A stretch of 64,000 nucleotides of DNA from Azohydromonas sp. Its GTDB lineage: Bacteria; Pseudomonadota; Gammaproteobacteria; Burkholderiales; Burkholderiaceae_C. Shown here in pieces: positions 1 through 10,579 of the stretch. Below the pieces are notes generated by a model. That model had not been told where the DNA came from. It ran no database searches and was given only the letters and a program-made list of their open reading frames with translations. How positions within the stretch are numbered: the stretch's first letter is position 1; each line of letters begins with the position of its first letter. Where the stretch lies: contig NZ_DAOKZA010000004.1 in assembly GCF_035325925.1 (NCBI RefSeq), positions 51,745 to 115,744 on the forward strand, written 5' to 3'. Position numbers and translations under genes: made by a program.

Positions 1-1838
<1,838 letters not shown>

Positions 1839-1881
1839 TTATAGGGAGCCGTGCCGCCGGGGGCGGCGGCGTGCGCGGCAC

Positions 1882-2925
1882 TCAGGGTTCGACGAACAGG
1901 CTCAGCGTGCCGGTCGTGACGATCGCCGTCGGGTCGACGCTGACCGTGCCGCCGGCGGTCTCGGTCTCGCGCATCGTCAGCGACTCGAAGCGCAACTCGT
2001 CGAAACCGGTCGACACGAAGGCGCGCGCGCCGGTGGCGTTCTCGATGTAGTTGTTCAGCCTGATCGTGCCGTCGAGCAGCTGGTCGATGTCGTTGGTCGG
2101 GTCGTCGACCCAGCAGTTCGTGTAGGTCACGACGAGGCCGTCGCCGGGGTTCAACTCGCCGTCGGGGTCGGCCAGCGCGACGCGCCGGGTGCCGGCGGCG
2201 GCGCCCGGGCGCGGCGAACAGGCGGTCTGCAGGCCGGCGGCGCCGGCGGCGGAAATCGCCGTGTCGTTGGCGTTGACGAAGGCCATCAGGTCGAGGGCCA
2301 TGCGCACGCGGTCGACGGCGAGTGCCATCGCCGTGCCGCCGAACGACGCGACGCGCCAGGGCACGGGCTGGGTGTCGTCGGCCCACAGTGCGATGAAGGT
2401 GTCGAAGTCGACCACCAGCGACGCCTGCCCGGGGTAGGTCAGCGTCACGCCGTTGGCCGTGACCGTGGACTGCACGGGGTTCGGCAGGAAGAACGGGCTG
2501 CCCGCCGGCGTGATCTGCTCGAGCTTGCCTGCCGTGGGGCTGCGGCTGCCGACCCACGCGAGCGCCTCGACGATCTGGTTGTTGAAGCTGCCGAACAGTG
2601 GCGGCACCGGGCCGCTGTTCACGGCGGTGTTGCCGGCCATCGTGTAGGCGTCGGCGGTGCGATTCCAGGTGCCGCTGAACCCGAGCAACGGGTAGGCGAT
2701 GGCTACCGGCGCCGGCCCGATGCCGGCGGTGAAGGTCAACGGCGCCGCGTCCTTGGTGCCGACGCCGAACCTGACGACCGCGGGCAATGGTGGCGCCGGG
2801 TCGTCGGCGACGTCGACGTCGCCGCCGTCGTCGCCGCCTCCGCCGCCGCACGCGCTCAACGCGGCGCAGACGACCAGCAAAGGCAGCAGCCGCGCGGCGG
2901 GGTGAGGTCTCGAAGTACTGCTCAT
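1882..2925 (-). CDS. Lipoprotein of unknown function
   Basis: An internal ATG at 2925 is preceded by GAGGAG. The N-terminus MSSTSRPHPAARLLPLLVVCAALSAC has a lipobox (LSAC) followed by a Gly/Asp linker. Amino-acid composition is balanced, unlike the overlapping frames. Confidence 0.7.
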   Translation of the reverse strand: MSSTSRPHPAARLLPLLVVCAALSACGGGGGDDGGDVDVADDPAPPLPAVVRFGVGTKDAAPLTFTAGIGPAPVAIAYPLLGFSGTWNRTADAYTMAGNTAVNSGPVPPLFGSFNNQIVEALAWVGSRSPTAGKLEQITPAGSPFFLPNPVQSTVTANGVTLTYPGQASLVVDFDTFIALWADDTQPVPWRVASFGGTAMALAVDRVRMALDLMAFVNANDTAISAAGAAGLQTACSPRPGAAAGTRRVALADPDGELNPGDGLVVTYTNCWVDDPTNDIDQLLDGTIRLNNYIENATGARAFVSTGFDELRFESLTMRETETAGGTVSVDPTAIVTTGTLSLFVEP

Positions 2926-3169
2926 GGAGAACTCCTCATCGGATGCGTGGATGGCATGGGGTGGTCCGGGCGCGCGAGGCGCCCGCCAGCGGCCGCCGAG
3001 GGCGTCGGGCGCCCCGCGCGCGCTGGCCGAGCCAGTCTTCACCTGCGCGGCGTCGCTGCATTGCGCAGCGTCAACCAAGGGTAAACCCGCAGGGTTCGGC
3101 GGTGCCGGGAAGCAACAGGTTGCCGACCGTGGCCAGGCGCGGCCGCCATCGCCGGCCGGCGAGGCGGCG

Positions 3170-3928
3170 TCAGGACGCCGCCGGTTCGACGAACAGGTGG
3201 TCGGCCAGCACGGTGACGTGGGTCAGCGGCACGAGGGGGGCGTCGTCGCCGCCGGGCGGCGCGACGGGCTGCACGACCAGTTGCAGCGTCACCTCGCACG
3301 GGCCGGCGTCGTCGAGCGCGAAGCCGTCGTCGTGGGTGTCGAACCCGAGGTAGGCGAAGCGCACCATCGTCCCTCCCTGGGGCGGCCGGCGGAACGCGCC
3401 GAACGCAAAACGCCGCGGCGACAGGTCGATCGCCGCGAGCAGCGTGCCGTCGACCCCCGCTGGGGCTGCGGTCGCGGCGTCGTGCGCGATGCTGCCGCGG
3501 TAGGCGCGCAGGAACACCCGCGACGCGTTCAGCACGCGGCGCGTGGCGGGGTCGAGCGAGGCGTCCCAGATGCGCAGCGCGAAGCGGCCGCCGAAGCGGT
3601 AGGCGCCGCGGTCGAGCCGCAGCGTCTGGTACAGCGCCGTCGGCCGGCGCGGCGTGCAAGCGGGCAGGCTGTCGTTGAGCCAGGCGACGCTGGCGCCGCG
3701 TCCGGCACGGCGGCCGGACAGCGGCGCAGGGCACGCGGCCATCACCGCACCGGCGTGCGGGCCGAACGCCGACGCCTGCCAGTCGCTCGGCCGCCGGAAC
3801 GCGCCGTCGAGTGCCTCGGTGCGTTCGAACGCCGGGTTGCACAGCAGGTTCGACGCGCGCGCCGGCGGCGACACCGGCATCCGCCACGCCGGGGCGCGCG
3901 AAGGCAGGGTGCCGATGCCGTGGATCAT
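3170..3928 (-). CDS. Hypothetical protein
   Basis: This is the only frame here with protein-like composition (F/Y/W/D/N present). ATG at 3928 is preceded by a GGGGGAAG Shine-Dalgarno-like sequence. I recognise no family. It ends in LFVEP, like the neighbouring lipoprotein. Confidence 0.45.
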   Translation of the reverse strand: MIHGIGTLPSRAPAWRMPVSPPARASNLLCNPAFERTEALDGAFRRPSDWQASAFGPHAGAVMAACPAPLSGRRAGRGASVAWLNDSLPACTPRRPTALYQTLRLDRGAYRFGGRFALRIWDASLDPATRRVLNASRVFLRAYRGSIAHDAATAAPAGVDGTLLAAIDLSPRRFAFGAFRRPPQGGTMVRFAYLGFDTHDDGFALDDAGPCEVTLQLVVQPVAPPGGDDAPLVPLTHVTVLADHLFVEPAAS

Positions 3929-4023
3929 GCGCTTCCCCCTGGGTCGTTGCACATCGCCCGCGCCGACCCTCGTCGGTGGCGTGCGTGCGGCGCGAGCATG
4001 AGCGACGAGCACCTACGGATCGC

Positions 4024-5019
4024 CTACCGATGCGCGTCGCGGCCGCGGCGGCGCGACAGCACCAGCCCCGCCAGCCCCGCACCCAGCAGCGCCAGCGTGC
4101 CCGGCAGCGGCACCGGCGTGCCGCCGCCGCGGCCCAGGAACTCGATCATCACGAAGCCGTGGCTGCTCTCGCCGAGCAGCCTGAACATGCTGCTGCCCGG
4201 GATGAAACCACCGAAGTCCTCGTTGACGAAGGAGCCGCCCCCGCCGCCGCCACCGCCCCCGGTGTCGCTGCCACCCCCGCCCCCGCCGCTGTAGCCGCCG
4301 CCGCCACCGCCGGCAAAGAAGACCGCCCCACCGCCTGCGCCGAATCCACCGTCCTGAAATCCATCGCCCCCAGCGGCGCCGAGGATCGCCGCCTCGCCGC
4401 CCCTGGCCGCACCTGCGGGCGTCCCGCCACCGCTGGTGAAGAATCCGCCGCCACCGCCGGCGCCAGAACCAGGGCCCGACGAGCTGAAGCCGGCCACGCC
4501 ACCCGTTCCGTTCGTGCCGCCCGCGCCACCGACCCCGCCGAAGGTCGCCACGCCAGCCGTGCCGTTCGGCCCGAGCGACGCGTTGCGGCCCGAGATGTCA
4601 CCGACCTGCGAGAAGATGCCCCCACCCCCGCCGCCGCCGACGACCAGGGGCATCGGCAGGCCGAGGAAGACGTTCGGGTCGGCGGGCAGGAACACGAAAC
4701 TCCCGCCGCCGCCACCGGCGGCGCCGGTCGTGGGCGGCGGCCGCATGCCGACGATGATCTGGAGCTGCTGCGTTGCGTTGAACGTGAAGATGCCCTCCGC
4801 CCAGGCGCCCAGGCCGCTCGGCCCGCCGCTCTGGACGGTGCCTCCGGCCGCACCGGCCGCGACGATGCGGTAGTCGCCGGGCTGCGTGACGTCGAACGTC
4901 TGCAGCGCGCCGGGGAAGGTGACGTTGAACAGCACCGGGGCGGCACGGGCCGCTCCGGTGGTCACGAGCAGCAGGCCGGCAGCCAGCGAGGCGGCCGCAT
5001 TGCGCAGGTACTTGAACAT
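4024..5019 (-). CDS. Glycine-rich secreted protein with a PEP-CTERM-type sorting tail
   Basis: ATG at 5019 is preceded by AAGGAG. The signal peptide is MFKYLRNAAASLAAGLLLVTTGAARA. Long GGxGG tracts follow. The C-terminus VPLPGTLALLGAGLAGLVLSRRRGR has the layout of PEP-like motif, transmembrane segment and Arg cluster. Confidence 0.8.
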   Translation of the reverse strand: MFKYLRNAAASLAAGLLLVTTGAARAAPVLFNVTFPGALQTFDVTQPGDYRIVAAGAAGGTVQSGGPSGLGAWAEGIFTFNATQQLQIIVGMRPPPTTGAAGGGGGSFVFLPADPNVFLGLPMPLVVGGGGGGGIFSQVGDISGRNASLGPNGTAGVATFGGVGGAGGTNGTGGVAGFSSSGPGSGAGGGGGFFTSGGGTPAGAARGGEAAILGAAGGDGFQDGGFGAGGGAVFFAGGGGGGYSGGGGGGSDTGGGGGGGGGSFVNEDFGGFIPGSSMFRLLGESSHGFVMIEFLGRGGGTPVPLPGTLALLGAGLAGLVLSRRRGRDAHR

Positions 5020-5162
5020 CGGTTCTCCTTGGGAACGTGCCGATCCGGCGGCCACGGTGGCCGGCATGTGCGAAGGGGTCTGACCGACGAGCCGCCGATT
5101 CGCCCGTCGCCCTCGGTCGCCGGGCGGCCCGCGGCGCGCCCGCAACGAATCGGCGGACCGGG

Positions 5163-5741
5163 TCATTGCGCCCCGGTGGCCGGGCCTCCGCGCACGCACC
5201 AGCTGCCCACCCCCCACTGCCCGACCGTCGTGTTCGCCTTGAACTCGACGCTCACCGGATGCCCGACGAAACTCACGGCCCACGCCAGCGGACCGGTCGA
5301 CGACGTCATCGCCCGATCCGTCGCGGACCAGTAGTAGGGGGAGACGGGGCTGAACGGGTGTCCCTGGGGCAGAGCAATGGTCGGCGGCGAGCCTGTCTTC
5401 GCGGGGTCGGTCAGGCTCTGCAGGTCCTGCACGGTCGGGAGTCGCCATCCGGCCCTGCCGCCTTTCGTCAGCCCGATGCAGCGAAACGAGGCCTCGAACC
5501 ACGTGGCGAACGGCGGGCCCGAGGTGGTTTCCCAGACCAGCCCGGTCTCGCGGTCGAGCACGGCTTCACCGTTCCAGTTGGCGAGCACCACGAAGCGGTT
5601 GGTCGCGAGCTTCTGGTTCCACGACGGGGTGGCGTAGTACGGGCCGTTCGCGGTCGTCGACAGCTGCGCGGATGCGGGCAGTGACGCCGCCGCCAACAGC
5701 AGCAGCGTGAGCGCCTGGGTGCGATGGTTCGATGTCTTCAT
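5163..5741 (-). CDS. DUF1566 (Lcl C-terminal-like) secreted protein
   Basis: The signal peptide is MKTSNHRTQALTLLLLAAASLPASA. The motifs GLVWE, WRLPTVQDLQSL, YWSAT and AWAVSF are typical of DUF1566. Confidence 0.8.
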   Translation of the reverse strand: MKTSNHRTQALTLLLLAAASLPASAQLSTTANGPYYATPSWNQKLATNRFVVLANWNGEAVLDRETGLVWETTSGPPFATWFEASFRCIGLTKGGRAGWRLPTVQDLQSLTDPAKTGSPPTIALPQGHPFSPVSPYYWSATDRAMTSSTGPLAWAVSFVGHPVSVEFKANTTVGQWGVGSWCVRGGPATGAQ

Positions 5742-5846
5742 GCGAGCGAGCTCCTGGGTTGGATGCAGTGGCGGTGCGGCCGCGTCGCGATCGCGCCGGC
5801 TCGGCGGACGAACGGCGTGGCGGGTTGCGGCCGGACGGTGTGCGGG

Positions 5847-6485
5847 TCAGTGGCTGGCGGCGTGCCGAGCGCGTCGGAGGCGCGCCGCTGCGACAAGCAC
5901 CAAGGCCGGCGCGAGCAGCGCGAGCGTGCCCGGCTCGGGCACCGACGGTGGCGGTGCCGTCGGGACCGTGAAGCCGGGATCCTGGCCTTGCCGACCGTCG
6001 ATCGTCTCGAACAGGATCCACGCCAGCACGCCGTCGCCGGTCACGCCGTCGAACAGGCCGGGGTAGAAGCCGGCGACGTCGTCGACGAGGCCTTGATCGT
6101 TGAACACGAACCCGGCGAGGATGAACGACAGCGTGTCGAGGTCGCCCGCGGCGAACTGCGCGCCGAAGATGCCGGAGCTGCCATCACCGGGATCGACGAC
6201 CTGAACCACGTTCGGGTCGAACGCCAGGTCGAAGGTCCATTCCTGCAGCCCGCTGGCGCCCGAGACCTCGACCGGCAGCAGGAACTGGCCGTCCTGCAGT
6301 GTCAGCAGCAGGGGGTCCGGCACGGCCGTGGTCGGTGTGCCCGGTGCGACGACGGTGGCGTGCGCCGCGCCCGCGACGATCGCCCCCGAGACGACCCAGC
6401 CCAGGACGCGATGCCGCCACACGCGGGCGACCGAACCCTTCACCCACTCGCACCCCATCGCGCCACTCCCTCGCCAGTGCTTCAC
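5847..6485 (-). CDS. PEP-CTERM sorting-domain protein
   Basis: The C-terminus SVPEPGTLALLAPALVLVAAARLRRAR is a canonical PEP-CTERM. The body resembles a small beta-sandwich (cohesin-like). The start could instead be the ATG at 6458. Confidence 0.75.
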   Translation of the reverse strand: MKHWRGSGAMGCEWVKGSVARVWRHRVLGWVVSGAIVAGAAHATVVAPGTPTTAVPDPLLLTLQDGQFLLPVEVSGASGLQEWTFDLAFDPNVVQVVDPGDGSSGIFGAQFAAGDLDTLSFILAGFVFNDQGLVDDVAGFYPGLFDGVTGDGVLAWILFETIDGRQGQDPGFTVPTAPPPSVPEPGTLALLAPALVLVAAARLRRARHAASH

Positions 6486-6636
6486 ATGGGACGCCGAGAT
6501 CCGAGGACCTGAGCCGGCGCAACGTGCCGGACCGACCCCGGGGCTTCGACGATGCCCGCCGACTCGGCGGGCGTGGAGGCAATGTCGTCGGCGTCGCCTG
6601 ACGGATCACCTACCGATCGGGGTGCGCCCCGCGATC

Positions 6637-6647
6637 GGGGGGGGGGG
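6637..6647. repeat. Homopolymeric G11 tract (C11 on the minus strand)
   Basis: Read directly: gcgatc + 11 g + cgacgg. It lies 152 nt upstream of the PEP-CTERM gene start (6485) and 29 nt downstream of the regulator stop (6676). Confidence 0.9.
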
Positions 6648-6675
6648 CGACGGGTCGGCGGCGTGCGTCGAAGTC

Positions 6676-9585
6676 CTATCGCGCCGGCACCGGGGTGCCG
6701 TCGCCGGACCACGGCTGCATGCGCCGCGCATGGCGCTCGCGTGGCGTCACGGTCCACGGCGCGGCCTGCAGCGGCAGCAGCGCGAGGTCGGCATGCTGCC
6801 GCGCCCAGGCCGCCAGTGCCGCGTGACCCTGCCACTGCGTGGGCGACGAGTCGGCCAGGCGTCGCAGCGTCCACAGGTCGCAACCGATGCGCGGGGCGTC
6901 CAGGTACACCGCGCCGGCCTCCAGCCGCAGGGCGTTGCCGTGTTCGCCCAGCAGCTTGCGCAGGCGGTGCAGCGCCGCGTCGAACGACTTGCGCGCCGCG
7001 TCGCCGTCGAGCTCGGGCCACAGGTCGTCGACGAGCTGCGCCACCGGCACCGGCGCCGGGCCGTGCACGGCCAGCGCCTGCAGCAGTTCCAGCGGGCGCT
7101 TCTGCACCTTGCCCTCGAAGGTCAGCGGCCGGCCGTCGATCACCACCGCGAAGCCGCCGAGCAGTTGCAGGCGCAGCGGGTGCGGCCAGTCGGGTGCGAT
7201 CGTGTCGGCCGGGGCCGGCAGCGCGCGGCGGCGGATCCAGCGCTGCACGAAGGCCGGCTCGACGCCGTGCGCCAGCGCCGCGGCGGCGGTCTCGCCGAGC
7301 AGGGCGTCGGTGCCGAGCGCCGGGTGGACGATGTCGTGGCGTGCCAGCCGCGCGATCGCCTCGGCCAGCGCGGCGGCCTCGCCGGCGGTGTCGCCGCGCC
7401 GGCGCGCCAGCCAGGCGCGCAGGTCGTGCAGGTGGAAGTCGACCATCGCGCTGCCGGCGCGCGCGGCGACGTCGTGCAGCTCCGCCAGCGTGGCCTCAAC
7501 GTCGGCGTCGTGGTGGCGCCGGCGGTGCGCCAGCGCCTGCGCGATCCAGCCGAAGGCCTCGCACACCGGGCTGCGGATCGCACGCGCGGCGTCGATCGCG
7601 GCGCGCGAGTGCGTCAGCATCGCCGGCACGTCGTCGCGCCACGCGGCCAGCCACGCGGCCTGGAACGCGGCGTGCCAGACCTCGGTGAGCTGCGTCGGCA
7701 GCATCGCCGCACGCGCCTCGGCGAGCAGCGCCTCGGCCGCGCCCAGCTCACCGGCGGCGAGCTGCGCGTCGTTGGCGAGCAGGCGGTGGTAGGTGTCGAG
7801 CCCGTGGATGCCGCACTGCCGTGCCGTGGCCAGCAGGCGTTGCAGCACCGCACCCGCGTCGGCCAGTCGTGCCTGCGCCCAGCAGGCGTCGAGTTCGACC
7901 AGCCCCCAGACGAGGCGGCCGTAGTCGCTGGGGGTCTGCTGCGCCACCGACGGCGCCAGCAGGTCGTGCATCGCGCCGAGCTGCTCGAACAGCCCGCTCC
8001 ACAGCAGGTTGATGCCCAGCACCGAGGCCACGCGCGCGCGCAGCTGCAGCCCGATCGGTGCGTGCAGCGCGTCGAGCGCGCGTGCGCGCCAGCGCGGCAG
8101 TTCGGGGTGTGCCGGCTCGCCGACCAGCAGCGCGTAGACCACCGTCATCGCCACCTGCGCCTTGTCCTCGGCGCTGGCGAGGTCGTCGAAGCGCGGTGCG
8201 ACCTCCTTCAGCTCGTCGAGCCAGCGGGTGATCGGGTAGTCGGGCGCGAAGTCGACGAACGACAGGTACGCCAGGTGCGCCAGCGTGCGCAGCCGCGCCG
8301 CGGCGTCGCCGCGCGCCGCGTAGCCGGCCGCGGCGCGCAGCAGGTGCTCGCGCGCGCGCGCCGGCCGGCTCATCACCCACACCAGCCCGGCCCAGTACTC
8401 GAGGTCGGGGTCGCGCTCGCGCCACTCCGCCGGGAACGACGCGAGCCAGCCGCCGAGTGTGCGCAGCCGCGCCTGCGCGACCAGCCGCGGCGCCAGCGCC
8501 AGCAGCACCGGCGCGGCGCGTTCGAAGTCGCCGGCGCCGAGCAGCGCCGGCAGCGCCGACTCGGCGTCGCCGGCGTCGGCCAGCGCGCGCGCCGCGTCGC
8601 GCCGCAGCGCCGCGAGCTCGGCGCCGGGCAGCGTGTCCTCGGCGTGGCGGCGCAGGAAGTCGCGGATCAGCGGGTGCAGCACGTGCCGCGGTGCGCCGCC
8701 GAGCTCGGTGAGCACGAACAGACCGCGCCGCGCGAACCGCTCGAGCATCGCCGTCGTGCCTTCCAGCCGCGGCCAGGCGCGTTCGAGCGCGGCGCCCACG
8801 TAGGGCAACTGCGCGGCCAGCAGCAGCCGCCGTCGCGTCGGCTCGTCGAAGGCCGGCCACACCTCGTGCGCCAGGTAGTCGCGCAGCACGTCGTCGTCGG
8901 CACCGGGAAGCCGCCCGCCCGCCAGCAGCGTCAGCGACACCGCGGCGGGCCAGCCCAGCGTGCGGCGGTGCACCGCCTCGATGTCCTGCGCCGACGCGGC
9001 GTGCCGGCGCTGCGCGAACAGCGCGCCGACCTCGTCGGGGGTCATCGCCAGCGCGTCGCTCTCGACGGTCGACAGCCGTCCTTCGACACGGGCGCGCGCC
9101 AGCGCCGGCGGCGGCGCGGCGCGCGAGGTCACGATCAGCCGCCGCCGCGCCGGTACCGCGGCCACCGCTTCGGCGAGCACCGCCTGCAGCGCGTCGGCCA
9201 CCGCCTCGGCCTCGTCGAGCACCAGCACGCCGTCGGCCGGCAGCGCGGCGAACAAGGCCGGGAAGTAGCGGCGCGCGAATGCGGCCATGTCGGGCAGCTG
9301 CTCGGCCTGCGGCACCGGCAGCCGCAGGCCGGCGGCGGCGCTGAGGTGCGCAAAGAACCCCGCCGCGTCGGCGTCGGCGGCCGACAGGTGCAGCCACACG
9401 CAAGGCAGCCGGCGCGCGTGCACGTACGACGCCGCGAGGCTGCTCTTGCCGTAGCCGGCCGGCGCGGCGAGCCAGACGCAGCCGCCGGCGTCGAGCCGCT
9501 GCAGCAGCCGCTCGCGCGCGACGATGCCCGAGGCGGCCGGTGGGCCGGCGGTGCCCACCGGGTCGGTCGCGGGGGTACTGCGCAT
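6676..9585 (-). CDS. STAND-type ATPase transcriptional regulator: N-terminal P-loop ATPase, helical/TPR-like middle, C-terminal OmpR/SARP-type winged helix
   Basis: Walker A is present (LAAPAGYGKSSLAAS). The C-terminal block LRLQLLGGFAVVIDGRPL...KRPLELLQALAVHG...LWPELDGDAARKSFDAALHRLRKLL matches the SARP/OmpR DNA-binding fold. Confidence 0.8.
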   Translation of the reverse strand: MRSTPATDPVGTAGPPAASGIVARERLLQRLDAGGCVWLAAPAGYGKSSLAASYVHARRLPCVWLHLSAADADAAGFFAHLSAAAGLRLPVPQAEQLPDMAAFARRYFPALFAALPADGVLVLDEAEAVADALQAVLAEAVAAVPARRRLIVTSRAAPPPALARARVEGRLSTVESDALAMTPDEVGALFAQRRHAASAQDIEAVHRRTLGWPAAVSLTLLAGGRLPGADDDVLRDYLAHEVWPAFDEPTRRRLLLAAQLPYVGAALERAWPRLEGTTAMLERFARRGLFVLTELGGAPRHVLHPLIRDFLRRHAEDTLPGAELAALRRDAARALADAGDAESALPALLGAGDFERAAPVLLALAPRLVAQARLRTLGGWLASFPAEWRERDPDLEYWAGLVWVMSRPARAREHLLRAAAGYAARGDAAARLRTLAHLAYLSFVDFAPDYPITRWLDELKEVAPRFDDLASAEDKAQVAMTVVYALLVGEPAHPELPRWRARALDALHAPIGLQLRARVASVLGINLLWSGLFEQLGAMHDLLAPSVAQQTPSDYGRLVWGLVELDACWAQARLADAGAVLQRLLATARQCGIHGLDTYHRLLANDAQLAAGELGAAEALLAEARAAMLPTQLTEVWHAAFQAAWLAAWRDDVPAMLTHSRAAIDAARAIRSPVCEAFGWIAQALAHRRRHHDADVEATLAELHDVAARAGSAMVDFHLHDLRAWLARRRGDTAGEAAALAEAIARLARHDIVHPALGTDALLGETAAAALAHGVEPAFVQRWIRRRALPAPADTIAPDWPHPLRLQLLGGFAVVIDGRPLTFEGKVQKRPLELLQALAVHGPAPVPVAQLVDDLWPELDGDAARKSFDAALHRLRKLLGEHGNALRLEAGAVYLDAPRIGCDLWTLRRLADSSPTQWQGHAALAAWARQHADLALLPLQAAPWTVTPRERHARRMQPWSGDGTPVPAR

Positions 9586-9628
9586 CGGGGCGATGATGCC
9601 TCAGCCCGGGCATCCGGCCGGGGCGGGG

Positions 9629-10468
9629 TCAAGCGAAGCCGGCCAGCGCCTCCAGCACGATGCGCGCGGTCTCGTCGGGCTTTTCCATCGGGTACAGGTG
9701 CGTGCCCTCGATCCAGGTGAAGCGCTCGCGGGCCAGCGCACGCGACGCCTCGAGCCCGCCCTGGCGCACCTCGAGCGACTGCGTGCCGGCGACGAAGGCC
9801 ACCGGGCAGCGCGGCGGGTGGCGGCGCAGCGTGCGGCCGAGCTGGTGCGGCAGCGTGTTGTAGATGCGCGTCTCGATGTCGCGGTCGAACGCCAGCACGA
9901 CGCGGCCGTCGCGTTCGACGAAGCCGGCATCGACGTAGTCGGCGAGCACACGCGCATCCCAGCGCGCGAACGCGTGCTTGGCGGCGAAGTGCGCCTGCAC
10001 CGCGGCGCGGTCGGGCCACTCGTGGCGGCGGCGCTGCGAGACCCGGCCCGGCGAGACGCGGCGGATCAGCCCGCTGGCCTTGGCCACCTGCAGCCCGTGG
10101 GCGCGCCAGCCGGCGACCACCGGCGAGTCGAGCATCACCACGCCGCGCGCCAGGTCGGGCCGCCGGCACGCGGCCATCAGGCTGAGCAGCCCGCCCAGCG
10201 AGTGGCCGACGAGCCAGGCCGCGGCGCCGACCTCGCGTTCGACGAACTCGATCAGCTGGCGGCGCAGGTGCGGCCAGTTGCCGGTGACCGGGTACGCCGG
10301 GTCGTGCCCGAACATGTCGACCGCGTGCACCGTGTAGCCGGCGCGCCGCCAGGCGTCGAACAGCACGCGGTAGGTGCCGGCCGGAAAGCCGTTGGCGTGC
10401 GAGAACACGATCGCGCCACGGTGGCCGGCGCGCGAAGGATTCGCAGGCACCGCTCGACTATGCCGCAA
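9629..10468 (-). CDS. Alpha/beta-fold hydrolase
   Basis: The nucleophile elbow GHSLGG and the stretch FSHANGFPAGTY are present. The start is uncertain: TTG at 10468 or internal GTG codons. Confidence 0.8.
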   Translation of the reverse strand: MRHSRAVPANPSRAGHRGAIVFSHANGFPAGTYRVLFDAWRRAGYTVHAVDMFGHDPAYPVTGNWPHLRRQLIEFVEREVGAAAWLVGHSLGGLLSLMAACRRPDLARGVVMLDSPVVAGWRAHGLQVAKASGLIRRVSPGRVSQRRRHEWPDRAAVQAHFAAKHAFARWDARVLADYVDAGFVERDGRVVLAFDRDIETRIYNTLPHQLGRTLRRHPPRCPVAFVAGTQSLEVRQGGLEASRALARERFTWIEGTHLYPMEKPDETARIVLEALAGFA

Positions 10469-10579
10469 CGCCGCGCACGCGCGAACGCGTCGAGCGACCG
10501 CCGCGAATCCGGCCGCGCCGGTTCGCTGGCGGCGCCGCGTCGAGGGCGAGCGCCGAAGGTGCGACGGCGGCGGGCCCCG

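Noticed and set aside
2924-5334. Several long overlapping ORFs (2924..4294 +, 3039..4082 -, 3811..5334 +, 4149..4946 -)
   Set aside because: All are R/A/P/G-rich with no motifs. They overlap better-supported genes that have signal peptides, Shine-Dalgarno sequences and PEP-CTERM tails.
6328-9720. 1130-aa plus-strand ORF, plus 621-aa and 378-aa ORFs in the same region
   Set aside because: They are antisense or off-frame relative to the STAND regulator, which has a Walker A motif and a winged helix. Their sequences are low-complexity Arg/Ala/Gly strings.
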